A DNA stretch of 56,408 nt, filler included, from Sphacelaria rigidula (Eukaryota): the NCBI GenBank assembly GCA_964200075.2. It is 7 parts of 7 records of this genome, joined end to end, with 100 filler letters (N's around TTAATTAATTAA, not from the genome) between each part and the next. Parts side by side here need not be neighbours in the genome. Positions count along the whole stretch, not along the records: positions 24,221 to 32,192 come from CAXNAA020012789.1; positions 32,293 to 40,264 come from CAXNAA020012790.1; 5 more parts are not named here. The stretch is one strand, 5' to 3'. Within the stretch, counting starts at the first letter, position 1. The number at the start of each line of letters is the position of its first letter. The notes beneath the pieces were generated by a model. It had not been told where the DNA came from. It was given only the letters and a program-made list of their open reading frames with translations, and ran no database searches. A program made the translations under genes and the position numbers. Of this stretch, positions 26,462-37,984 are shown piece after piece.

Positions 26462-26704
26462 ATGGGTCGAGTCGAAGTTCCCGTAGATACCAATTCCATG
26501 GCGATGCTAGTTGATAAGGAACGTATATCAGTGGGAAGGGGCGTATGCGTGAAAGAGGACGACAGGAAAACGACGAAGCAGAGAGATGCCGCATTTCTTG
26601 CTTGGCTGCGGGAGAACGGCGCCCAATTCGACCACGTGGATTGGCCGTGCACGACGGAGTGGGGAACACGCGGAGCGGTGGCTGTGAAAGACATTGCAGC
26701 AGGG
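26462..26704 (+). CDS. SET-domain lysine methyltransferase (SETD3/Rubisco LSMT-like), first visible exon
   Basis: FLAWLRENGA...GTRGAVAVKDIAAG matches the N-SET motif; GGG|GTATGT donor, phase 0; start codon inferred. Confidence 0.8.
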
Positions 26705-27944
26705 GTATGTACGACACCGGCGGCGGTGGCGTTATAAAACGATGTACATGCGCTGTCTCTGCAGGATCCACGAGTTGATCGCCTTGCGTATCCGCTGGGC
26801 AATTGCTTTAGAGAATGAGTACCGTACGATACAACAGTACAGCACAGTACAGTTCAGTACAGTACAGTAGCACAGTAGCAGGTGATGAAACAGGCGGATA
26901 TCCAACGCGAAAATCGATGATCCAGACAGTATCGTATGCAGCTACCTTGTGGAGACCCCCTTGGACTAATGCATTGGTGATGATGTACTCCTGGCCCGCT
27001 ACTGTAGCCGCCTCTCTCACTCATCAGAGGTGAAGCTTGTGGGAAGCAGTTGTTCAACGTAGCGTTTTCCCAAATGACCAGGGGTGGCAACTCGGTGCCG
27101 TCTGCTGCTAGCAGAACGTCAAACAATTGATGTACATGTGACTTCGTTCAAAACCCAGTGAGACAGGCAACTTAGAAATAAGACCTGCATTTTCATGCCC
27201 TCTCCTGACATTGGCTGAGTGGTCCTCTACACGATCGTTTGCGATGCATAGAGTGAACCGATCCCTGGGACCTACGTTGCAGCAAGTGCGGTGCAGCTGT
27301 TGTACTCGTGAGTGTGTCACGTCTTGTACGAAGACCAGGAGGTCTCTTTTCTCGTTTGGTCTGAGTTCTAGCTCTACTTGCATCTAGTATCTGAAGCACA
27401 TGAATACACATGATTCTTGATTATTTTACGAGTAGTAGTATTTTTTCTCCTCCTGGTGATGCGGTGGGCAAGTTGTATTCAACCCTTCAACCGCCGTGCT
27501 CGGCCATTCGCTGAATCGGCATCATTTTCACTTGAAAAAAGTATTAAGGACCCAAATCACCCACCCTGGTGGTCGAAGGATAACTGCCAACAGACGACTA
27601 GTGAGTCTGGCGCTCGCTATTCTCTAGTGAAAATAATATCGGGATCAGCTTGGGATCAGTCATAAGTTGAATCGGCATCGTTTTTCATTGAAAAATGATT
27701 GTGATGGCCAAGAAACCAACCCTGGTGACCACAGGCTTCAACCAGCACCCTTCGAATGCACGCAGCGTCATGTGCACTCGTCGGTCATAGCTCGCATAAA
27801 GAGGTAGGGCGAACCTGTTGTGGGCGGTTTGGTGAACACACTGCGCGCGAATGGTTCTGTATTTGTCGCAGATCCACGAATCCTTCTTCGGTCAACACAC
27901 GCGGCCATTTGGCTGGCTACACCCCGAAATGCCTCCGGAGAGAT

Positions 27945-28165
27945 GCGCGGGCCCTCCAGTGGTGAAACAAGCCTCCGGAGGCCTTCAATCCCCCTGGAGG
28001 GAACCAAACTCTACCGACCCGGAGGGCAGCGCACCCCTCCGGAGGAAGTTGGGGGTATGCACGGCCCACCAGAGGCGAAAATAAGCCTCCGAAGACGTTT
28101 AGTCCCTCTGAAGGGAACCAAAAAATCTCCTCTGGGCGGGGCGCGCACCCTTCCGGAGGCGTTTA
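27945..28165 (+). repeat. Diverged tandem duplication of about 115 bp in the SET-gene intron
   Basis: GGCCC.CCAG.GG.GAAA..AAGCCTCCG.AG...GGAACCAAA...GCGCACCC.TCCGGAGG occurs twice. Confidence 0.65.
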
Positions 28166-28575
28166 AATTCCTCTGAAGGCTCCAAAAGTTTACCCACGTG
28201 GAAAAATTTTGGAGGTAGCCAAAAAATGGCCGCGTGTGAAACGTTCCACGTTTGCACAAACACATTCTCGATGGTCGACGCTCCTCAAGTTATATTATGC
28301 GGGGGGTCTTTTCATAAGCTACATGCGCCACTCTTATTTCATATTCGCATACAACTTACTGAAAATATATATGTATATTCTCACCGGCATACGGTAAACG
28401 TAATGGAAATTCGATGTTTTGAATGTTAGCCCTTGGACCCCCTAGCCCACCATATCTCGCCGGAGGGAAACCTGTATGTGCAGACTGCTCCTACCTACTC
28501 ACGTCGCTCTAACTTGCTTGCTATGTTTATTTCTCTGTGGTGGGTCGGAACAATAAAATTGGAAATCAATCGCAG

Positions 28576-28923
28576 GAGCGCATGATAGAGATCCCACGCA
28601 GACTCATGATGTCCGAGATTCACGCTAAAACCGACCCCGAACTGGGCCATGTGCATCGCGCCAACATCCCCGTCCTCAAGAGCGACAACGGCCTAGCCCT
28701 CTACGTTATGCAGGAGATGCTCAAAGGAGAGCGATCTTTTTATCGGCCGTATCTGAAGATATTGTCCAGGCCCCGTAATCTAAGACACTGGGACGTCGAG
28801 GGCTTGCGGGAGTTACAAGATCAGAGATTGGTTCGCCGGAGCGCCGCGCGGAAACGACACTTACGAGGGTTGTACGTGCACACGATGGGGGTTCTTGACA
28901 CCCAACATCCCGGCTTGTTTCCG
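28576..28923 (+). CDS. SET-domain lysine methyltransferase, next exon
   Basis: CGCAG| acceptor, phase 0, joins DIAAG|ERMIEIPRRLMM; LALYVMQEMLKGERSFYRPYLKILSRP is typical of the SETD3/LSMT i-SET region; CCG|GTGGGT donor. Confidence 0.85.
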
Positions 28924-30121
28924 GTGGGTCGCTGCATCATTTCAATTTGTCTATCTCGGTGTATTGGGCCACTCAGGCACCGGGGGGGCGGGTGGATTGG
29001 CCAATATTTATTATTAAGCACGGCTTATTATTATGGTTGAGGTTGCAAGGCACGAGTGCAGGAGTGTATGCTGTGGGCAACTGCGCGTTCGACGTGGGAA
29101 CTGCGTATTCATTCACGTGTATGTCCCCGATACGCCAATCATGGTATACTATATTGGCAATGCCACGGTGAACTCCCCTTCCCTCCAAGAAACGTGTAAT
29201 AGTGGGGACCGAGGCAGACTCTACGCGTGAGGTATATATTCTGACCTAGTTCCTGAAAGCAGCAATGTCGGCATTCTCCAAGATGTATCTCACAACCTAC
29301 TATGGTTTCGAAAACCAGCTATTATTGTACATCTGCATCCCTCAAAATGGTTCATGAAACTATCCATCATCACCATGTGTTGTACAACAGTATGGCCATT
29401 TCTTCACAGCAATTTTTCGACCGTTTGGGGGGGGGGGGCTATCGCGACTTCAGGGCATGAATTAGCAAATCATTGTTCGATCGAAAAAGTGCATGGTTCA
29501 GACGAATCATCGCCGGTTCGAATCACTAAATCTACGATTTTTAAGGCGTAATTGCTCGAGAGAGAGAGAGAGAGAGAAACGTTGACCGCTGGTCAAAAAC
29601 ATCTCCATGCAACGTTTGCGCCATTCCACGTCCTATAGCCGCCTGTATCTGGGTTGCAACGCTGAAATCAAAGCCCAAGTATTGATTCGTCCTGTATAAA
29701 TTATTCACACTAAAGTCAAGTAAATCATTGATTCGTCCGACACTTTCTACGATAGCCCCCCCCAAAACCATTGAAAAGTGTCACGAAAACAATGGCCATA
29801 CAGCGCCTGATTTTCGGGTTCAGGCTGCATAAAGCGCCTCATATTGGCGACATTGGCTAAAACGAACCCAAGCGTGGGAATTCCCAACTTCTCGTTGAGC
29901 TCGGCCTTTCCCATTTTAATTTACGTGAAGATTTTGCCTCCCAAAACCATGCACTTTCGAGGGGGGGGCTATCGTAGAAAGTGTCGATTCAGAAAAGGAA
30001 TCCGTACAAAAGGAACTACCGTAAAAGCAGGTCGCGACTCGGCCGTCTGGGGACCACACTACTTGGGCAGGAATTCTCACCTACTAGCTCTACAGCAACG
30101 AAACACAAGATTAATGCGGCG

Positions 30122-30471
30122 TATGGTGTGTTGTCGTCCCAACTATTCTGGACACCGGTCTACACCTTCCGGTGTATGTGGGCGCCCCAGCCGGGGTCAC
30201 ACAAGAGGAAGGTCAACACAGGAGTTTTTTCTTTTTTTTAGTACCCCACTCTCCTTCTGCGGTGCTTGCCTTTTATTTTTTATCGCGAGAGGGCATAGTA
30301 GTCCCTTTCCCTCGTCGATCGTGGAGTCAATGTTTTTGTACCCACGGCATAATCGCTCTCCACTGTTGGGCATGGTGTGAGAAAGAATCCCAGATCGCTG
30401 CGAGATTTGAACCCACGACCCAAACGTCAGAAGTTTTCGAGGTTACCAACTGAGCCACCGGGACGACCGGC
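30122..30471 (-). mobile_element. tRNA-derived SINE, near full length
   Basis: Minus-strand head GCCGGTCGTCCCGGTGGCTCAGTTGGTAA (A box) ... GGGTTCAAATCTC (B box), then a body and CA-rich tail; three further 5'-truncated copies in the window. Confidence 0.8.
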
Positions 30472-32192
30472 TATGATATGTGGAAGCCATATTGGTACAT
30501 ACGTTTCGGACATATTTGTCTCAACATGCACAAATGATCAAGGGGCATCCATGTCGCGGCAAAAACCGTTCCGACCGCGGCGTGCGACGGACGAGCCAGA
30601 AATGGCCCGTCGTACCGGGGACTGTCGGATTTTGTGATCCCAGGCAACTGCAAGCGTTACCCACAGGTAGCATAATGGTAAGAGTTCGGACGCGAACGCA
30701 GGGTACAACTCTATCTGACCCCCTTCTTGCCTAAGTATCAAACAATAAAATAAGCCAGACCTGGACAATCGTCAGCACCAGGACGGCTACAGCGACCATG
30801 ACCAAAAGAGGCTGAATACACGACTTCTTCGGAAGCGCCCATAGTCCTACCGCAGTGCACACACCAGCGCGCTGATCACAACAGCGATATCGCTGTCGAA
30901 TAGTGTGCGAAGCGCAATTCTCACAACTGTCTTTTCGATCAGAAGAGTGTGAAAATCACACAGGCATACACAAATCATAATGGGCAAGGGGAACAGACAC
31001 AGAAGAAGCAGCAAGTCGTAGATGGCGTCTACACCAGAGAAATTCCACAGGCTTACCCTCAAAGCAACCAGCAAGGTAGCGCCTGCAAGGAAGCTTACGA
31101 GAGGAGGTCTGGTGACGACGGTAACCAAATCGTCTTCGATCCTCACGAGGCTGAACAGGTCGTAGTCCGCATGATGTCGACAACGGCTCATGCAGGCAAC
31201 GGAAAAGAGGGAGATGCAGAAACTGCGTTGGTGGAACCTCAGAAACAGTCTGCGGAAATCTTCATAACGCGGGAGATGCAGCGGGCTTTCGATGTGGATA
31301 AGGAACCCAAGCTGTGGGTGCTTATGCCTTGGGCTTCCCGACACAAGCCGTGGATGATCGCACAGTTGCTCAGGTATCAAACGGTACCGTAGACGACTTT
31401 AATCGTTCAAGTAAGGATATGGAAAATGTAGGGTCGTCTTGAAAACCCCCAACTGAAAGCACATCTACGACTATCCAAAGAGTAGAAGTGAGATTGGGGC
31501 GACCCATCCTCTGACGCCTGTCCATACCCCAGCAATAGGTAGTGCAACGAACTTGAAGAGTGTTGGTATTAACAACTTACCTACCCGAAGGGGGGCGTGA
31601 ATGATGTCAGGCGTTCACCGAGGTATATGGGCCAATTAGAGTTCAGGGAAGTCAACTTTTAACCTACCCCAGAATTGCGGGCCGCCTTTACCTCTCTCTC
31701 TAGGTCGAATATCTCGGTAGGGTTTTCAAACATGCCGTACAACGAGTTGCTACAAACCCCAAATCTGGCGCTGGCGCAAAGATCCACCTACACACAAAAC
31801 GGAAACCATCCCGGCTTCAGCACGGCAAGGGGCTCCATGAGCAGAACACGAATGAGTAGCTGTTCGCCACTAGACAACCCAAGGCAAAAATCACGTGGAA
31901 ACAATCTGATCTGTCTCTCAACCGGGTCTGAGAGGTGTGTCAACAGCCAATACAGGACATACCTGGTATAGTGGGGTCATTTCTATCTCGGATATGGGTC
32001 ACTTTTACCCATGGCGGCAGTACAGGCGTCCCAAGACAAAGGTCTATGACCCCCCCCCCTGGTTAGGCACCCATGAGGCAGTGAAACCCGTGGCTGTCTC
32101 TGAAAGTGGCGATACTAGAAATTAAAAGCAACTCATTGTTGGTTGTCATCCAAATGCAAGATAATCAGTAGGCTTCGGGCCGAACAATCTTA

Positions 32193-32292
32193 NNNNNNNN
32201 NNNNNNNNNNNNNNNNNNNNNNNNNNNNNNNNNNNNTTAATTAATTAANNNNNNNNNNNNNNNNNNNNNNNNNNNNNNNNNNNNNNNNNNNN
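32193..32292. other. Artificial contig spacer
   Basis: N44-TTAATTAATTAA-N44. Confidence 0.98.
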
Positions 32293-32294
32293 TT

Positions 32295-32525
32295 AAGCAG
32301 GGACAATTTCAGATGGCTGGGATTGTTCGCGTGGCAGAGGCAGAGGATCGTTCGTTGGTCGTATTGGTCGACTGGGTAGGTTTTGAAGTCGAGGAGCGTA
32401 CGTGGGAGCCTTTTGAAAGTATTTTTGAGGCAGCTCCGGAATTTCTCAAAAAGGAGTTGCGTAAGGTGCGAGTGACTCGTTCCATTGCTGATCGCATTAC
32501 GCGTGAGTTTGGGATTCAGTTGTGA
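32295..32525 (+). mobile_element. Ty3/Gypsy (chromovirus-type) pol C-terminus with chromodomain, followed by a putative PPT and 3' LTR start near 32605
   Basis: VLVDWVGFEVEERTWEPFESI is a chromodomain signature; stop at 32523-32525; G-rich tract then TGTGGCG at 32605; cut by the contig edge. Confidence 0.75.
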
Positions 32526-33574
32526 CTTGCTCAATTGTTTTGGCGTTAGTTGTCTGAGTGTCAAGCTTGTTGCTTGATTCTCGTCCAACGCGCTTTGGGG
32601 GTGCTGTGGCGAAATCACGCCGTCACGGTTGCGTATATAGTAGATCCTGGATGATGACCAGGGGACAAGGGCATCCTGTGGATGATGACCCTTGCTGTGT
32701 AGCTTAGCCCTGAAGTTACGGGGCTGCAGGTGTTTACTCCGAATAATGATAAGGAGTTGTGAAGGCTGACAACTGAGGCCTTGAGGCCAGTGAAGCTGGG
32801 GAGTCCCTCAACAGCATTTAGACGCTGCAGTACTAGCAACCTGCTAGCGTCACAGGTCATATACGTGGAACAGAATAAAGCCGGGTCGGGGAAAACAAAT
32901 ATCGCACGCTGTGCCGCGCCGTGTTCACAGTCAAACGTCGACGATATCAACAAGGTTTTCGTGAAATTACGAGTAGAGGATGCGATTAAGAGTGAAAATC
33001 AGTCACTTTGTGAATGAATCGCTTCGGTTCGAAAATGCCCCTCCATGAGGCCCGATATGCTTTCTGTAGAAGCTTGCCACTGACGCCCTTGTGTCGCAGA
33101 CGAAAAATGAATGCATTGGTTAGGTGCGGAAGGTAGCCTAGTCAAAGGGTGCTTCGGTCGAGCAAGGCATCCTAGGACCCCGTACAGTAGTTTGCAAAGG
33201 CTACCGTGACAATTCAAACTCTTTACATAACGACAAGACCATGCATACCTTTTGCTTCTTGAGTCGATTATAGCTTTGCAGAAGAGGAGCGGCACGCAAT
33301 GAGCACCGCGTATAGCATGTACGTCATCCTTGGTGAAAGGTGGTTGATGTCGCGTTCAGTGGTCAGCAATGGTGGAGTGCAGTCCACTATCAAGTGGCGA
33401 ATATTGCTCTCAGAGATCGTTTGGGGCTTGCTTTGCTTCTAAACAGAAGGGGATCACAGGCAATCGCCTATCCCATGTTTTCAGTGTCTCATCCTCGAGC
33501 GGGCTAAGGTGTCAGGACCCGCATTTGAATCACTTCATAGTCTCCTCTACAGGGTCATTATTTATCCTGTAACA

Positions 33575-34650
33575 CCCCCCCTTTTAGATTTGCCACGTGT
33601 TTTACCAGGTATACCTAATCGGGTTGAGACTAGCGCAATCAACCAGGGACTGTGTGACATGAAGGCGGCGCTCCATATACACGTCCTCGTAATTTCCCAC
33701 GGGAAAAATATGGGATAGAGAGCCGTTTCGGCTGTACCCAGTTTCGTACACACTTCCCTGCAGCTCCCTACGAGGAAAATACGGGATAGAGACCTGTTTC
33801 GGCTGCACCCAGTTTCATACACACTTTTCTATGGCTTTCCACCGGGAAAGTACGGGATAGAGGCCCGTTTCGGGTGCACCCAGATTCGGCTGTACCCGTG
33901 GGACCAGGTAACCTTCTCATCTTCTGCATCTCTGAGCTTGAGTGAATGTTCCACCCTTGTTCATCCTGTATCGGGTTCTCCACCTGTAAGTCACTCACTC
34001 GGGGGGAGGTGCGCGTCTGGTGGCATGGTTTCTGTCACCTATAGTTTGCAACCCGTTGTCGGTGTGTACTGGTTCCTCTCACTCTAAACTGCTAATTTTA
34101 CGCAGTTTCCCCCTGCTGAAATCTAACCACTCGTCGTTCGGGTATCTCACGCGCTCGTATGGATCAAAGTCATCATATATCTCACCTGTCTCTACTTTAT
34201 CGCCGACGTTCCCGGGGCGTGTCTTATGATGCTTGCGCTTCGTCTCTGTCGGGCCTCTAGCCTGTTTCCCTGTTTGGCTTCTAGGACTACCTTAACCTGG
34301 TCTGGTTCATGTTTTAATACTTGTTTCGCGAAATTCTCTAGACCTAACGCGGTGTCAGTGCCGCTCATTTCTCGTCGAAGAGTGTCTAGGGTAGCCGGGA
34401 GAGTACGGTCAAAGAGTATTTGAAATAGGGGCATGTTGGAAGGGACGGATAGATGTGGGAGTGTGCGGTTGATCCAACATGTTGGGTCTATGTACCCGTC
34501 CCACTTGTCCTTGCCCTTTCAACGGTACCTTGACCTCCTGGGTAATTTGCGGGGCGGTAGTCCATCGATACCTCAAGTCATCTACATAAATACCTTGCTC
34601 ATGCTGCTGCGGGCTCCCCCCTTTTGGGCTGCAAATTAGATTCGGCACAT
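33575..34650 (-). mobile_element. Ty3/Gypsy integrase C-terminal remnant with PPT and 3' LTR start at 33574
   Basis: Minus strand reads WDGYIDPTCWINRTLPHLSVPSNMPLFQILFDRTLPATLDTL (like the integrase '..SPFQILFGR.P..PLD' motif); AAAAGGGGGGG|TGTTACA junction at 33585-33568. Confidence 0.65.
33691..33900. repeat. Three diverged tandem units of about 70 bp in the 3' UTR of the Gypsy remnant
   Basis: GGGATAGAG.CC.GTTTCGG.TG.ACCCAG repeated near 33712, 33783 and 33853. Confidence 0.8.
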
Positions 34651-37600
34651 AACTTGTGATATAAATAAGGGTACGAAAAGGGCTTCATCATCCAATGCAG
34701 TAGGTATAGACATCAGTAAGCGAGGAATTATACGTGTGTAGAATATGCACTGCGAATAAAATCCCAAAATTTAAAATATGCGAAACCCACTAAAATCGTG
34801 TATTTCCCAGAACAAAAACGGTCACCGCGAAAATAATATCCGTTGAATGCAGTACAAGCGAAAACACAAGGGTGACAAACACAAACACGATCAAATATAT
34901 ATTTAGCAAAGTGGAGCACAAAATACAATATCACAGTTCCCAAAAGCTAAACTGTCACCGTAAGGATGAAACCCTGTGGTGTACGGGCAGCGAGAGCGTC
35001 GGTAGGATGTGAAGTCGGACGCAGGGGTCGTCGCGGGAAAAAGCCCAAGAGCATTGCGGATGAGTGGCATTTCAGCATGTATTGTGGTCACCACAGGTGC
35101 TCTTCTCCAGAGTTGTAGTGCTCGTGATCGTAAAGCTGCTGTTGCATGAGATGCAACAGTGGGAAACTGTTTTTCATCGCCCCGTTTTTATTTTTCAAAT
35201 GGTCGGACAATCTTGGCACTAGGGCTTGAGGATAGAACTGCCAGTACATGTTGCTACGATACCCTTCCGGTTCTGTTCCCAGTCTCGGCTCGTACCTGAA
35301 CTGGATAATATCACCTGTGTTGCTGGACGGACTCCCGGGTTTCTTACTGCGTATGTCGTGTTGTGCTCAAGGTCGCATGTGTAATCGTTTTGTGGTGCGG
35401 TACTGACAACAGTATAGTTCGCGGTACTCACAGAAGGGCTCTGGGACGTTACTACGAAAGGAAAAAGAATGGAGAAAAAAATATTCTTCCGATAGATCGA
35501 TGGGTGGGAGCTGATCAAGTCACCCACCATTGTACCTGTCATTTGACGCCCCAACTCGAGCCAGGGTTTACCCGGTAGGGGGATAGACCTGTGGAGGGTT
35601 CGCTTGTGCATAGATTTCCTCAGCTGCATGGTGGAAAAAAATCCCAGGTATGAAAGTTACTCGCAGGCGAGCAGAGCTGTATATATCGATTTTTTGAAGC
35701 GGAAAAAGAGCCAACCCTTCTTCTTCTTTTTTTTTTGCGGCGTCGGTGTAGTACATTAATCGCGTTGCTTCCACGGCATATTTTCACATGTGAGTAGGCA
35801 TTGTGTGTGGTTTGACATTTTTTCATGGGTGATGGTGGGATAATCATGCATAATGTAGCGTATATTGTGAGTCAAGTACACGTCGGTTATGTATATGAAG
35901 AAGTGTTCTATCGCCGCTTTCTTGACAAAAAAAAAAAGAGAAGAATGAGCTCATATCCCGTATGAAACAAGCGTATACCGGTTGTATTCAGCGCTGGTGA
36001 GCGACCTACTATGATGCCGACGGTTCAAATATTCCACTAAAACAAAACTGGAAAAGAAAAAAAAACGTAGCATTTCCACTCCAGTCGATGCTTACTCAGC
36101 CGGTGATATTTAGTCTGAGTCTGAATCGTACAACAAAATGAAGGCAACAATCAAGAGTGAGGCTAAAGCAAAATGCCAAAAAAACAAAAAATGAAATGCT
36201 GCGTGAGAGTTGCTTGCGGCAAACGATCCTGAATAATGAATTATTTTGCGCGGGGCATGATCCATTTCCATTTTTCTCCTTTTTTATTTTTTGTTGGGAT
36301 CTGTGGTCTGTTTATCGCGTTGCCCGACACAGAATATTGTCATGTTAGCTGTTGAGATTGATTAGCGTTTCATGGATGAGTGAGCATCGTCTGTTACATG
36401 CCGGTTCAGAGGAGAACAATAACCTAGGTGCATGTCGTTTCATTTTCGTTCATGTCCAAGAAGGGAAGGAAGATAAGGAAGGAGACAAAAAAAAGGAACT
36501 GAGCTCATGTCTCGCATAAAACATAACTCCATTAGTTCCGATTAGTCTCGCAAGCAATCAATGTATCCCTGTTCGGGCAATGTTGTGCACGGAAGAATAC
36601 GCGTTACACTGGATGTGAGTCAAGTCGATTGTTGTGTCCGTTACACTGTCGTAGGAGCTATGTGGGGACTCATGTGTAATAGACGCTTATGCGCTTATAG
36701 CCTGAAAAGAAGGAACCTCCATCACGTGAAGGGTTGGGGGGAAAATACCGCGTGTGGGTCGCTTGTGTGAGAGTACAACCGGATATACCATTATTTTTCA
36801 TGGGATTCACAAACAATGTTTTTGATGGCGGCGGCGATTACTGTTATTTTGTGCATTGCATGTGAAGTGTATTTTGACACTTGGGTTAACATTTCATGTT
36901 GATAGATTCGTCAAGTGTGCACCATGTGGATAGCATGCATAGATTACCCATGAGATTTGTTATGAGTATCTTTTCATGCGAAAGTTGATCGTCGCCGCTG
37001 CCTGGGCAAATGTATGTTCATGGACTCGCACAAATATATATATATATATATATCCGTTTTATTCAGTTCGCGCGAGTGATCCCTTGATTTGTATACTTCG
37101 TATACCTGGGTAGTGTTCTAGTTTCAAAGCTGGGACGATGTCCCAAAATCTACTGTGCACAAACGGTTCTCATCATGCTGCTCTGTATTATCCGTGTAGT
37201 CTATAGTTGCACCGCACATGTTTGACTTGCCAGTCGTGTGAGAACACAGAGCCGTGGGTAATTATCAGTCACCGTTGCTTACCCCAGCTCGGTGTTTTTC
37301 GAGATGCACTGCCGGCTCATTGACCTAGCTTGCATACTGTAGTACAGTATACTGTACTACAGTGTACCGATTACTTGTATCGATCAGTAAGAAGGCATAT
37401 ATTAGCGTTTGTGTGCGGGGGGACAACTGATTGTGGCAGTAGAACCTGATTCGTGCCCGACATGGGTACCAGCCCTGCGATGTTGATGCTGGATAAACAG
37501 CATGGTTAGGAAAGGTGATCCCGCCACCACTGGCAAGGCTCGTTGTATGCCTTTGTTTGCTAGGGTGATGTCTTACGCGATCACGTCCAAATCATGTGAG

Positions 37601-37862
37601 ATAACTGGTGTTTGTCTACCACGAAAGTAAGCCAACAACAACAAAAAAGCAATCGTGTTGCCCATCCGACAAACGCAAATTTGCGGACCCTGTAGGGCAG
37701 TTTGCTAAGACGTTGATAAGCATAAATCTGACCGTGGATCCAGGGGTGGTTCATTTTCTTTTTAAAAGGAACATAACCCCCCAACGTTAAAAAAATCGAG
37801 GCAAAAAAGGAAAAAGGGGGTTCGTCAGGGGGGTTGGGCGCCGGGCGGCGAGCCTGCGCTAG

Positions 37863-37984
37863 TTACTTGAATTTAGTGTAGCGGTAGACTACTTGACTTT
37901 AGTGTACTTGTAAACAACTTGATCTTAGTGTAATCATCAACTACTTGAACTTAGTGTAGAATTAGACTGCTTCAGTTTAGTGTG
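37863..37984. repeat. Five 18-bp repeats with variable 8-bp spacers (exact 26-bp period)
   Basis: CTACTTGAnyTTAGTGTA-like units at 37863, 37889, 37915, 37941 and 37967; spacers GCGGTAGA, CTTGTAAA, ATCATCAA, GAATTAGA. Confidence 0.85.

Noticed and set aside
30395..30471. Functional tRNA gene
   Set aside because: It has A/B boxes but no proper acceptor or anticodon stems, and it is fused to a repeated body, so it is a SINE head.
30847..31620. ORF 30949-31392 as a host gene or Gypsy integrase tail
   Set aside because: No splice signals or identifiable domain; a G-rich PPT-like tract near 31590 is not enough evidence.
32140..32300. Apparent continuity across the spacer (…AATCTTA / TTAAGCAGG, resembling 10610-10628)
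   Set aside because: TTAAGCAGGGACAATTT is in frame with the chromodomain ORF and similarity to the 10620 copy stops after 9 nt, so it is judged coincidental.
37863..37984. CRISPR array
   Set aside because: Repeats (18 bp) and spacers (8 bp) are far too short, the repeats are degenerate, there are no cas genes and the context is eukaryotic. Kept only as a periodic repeat.
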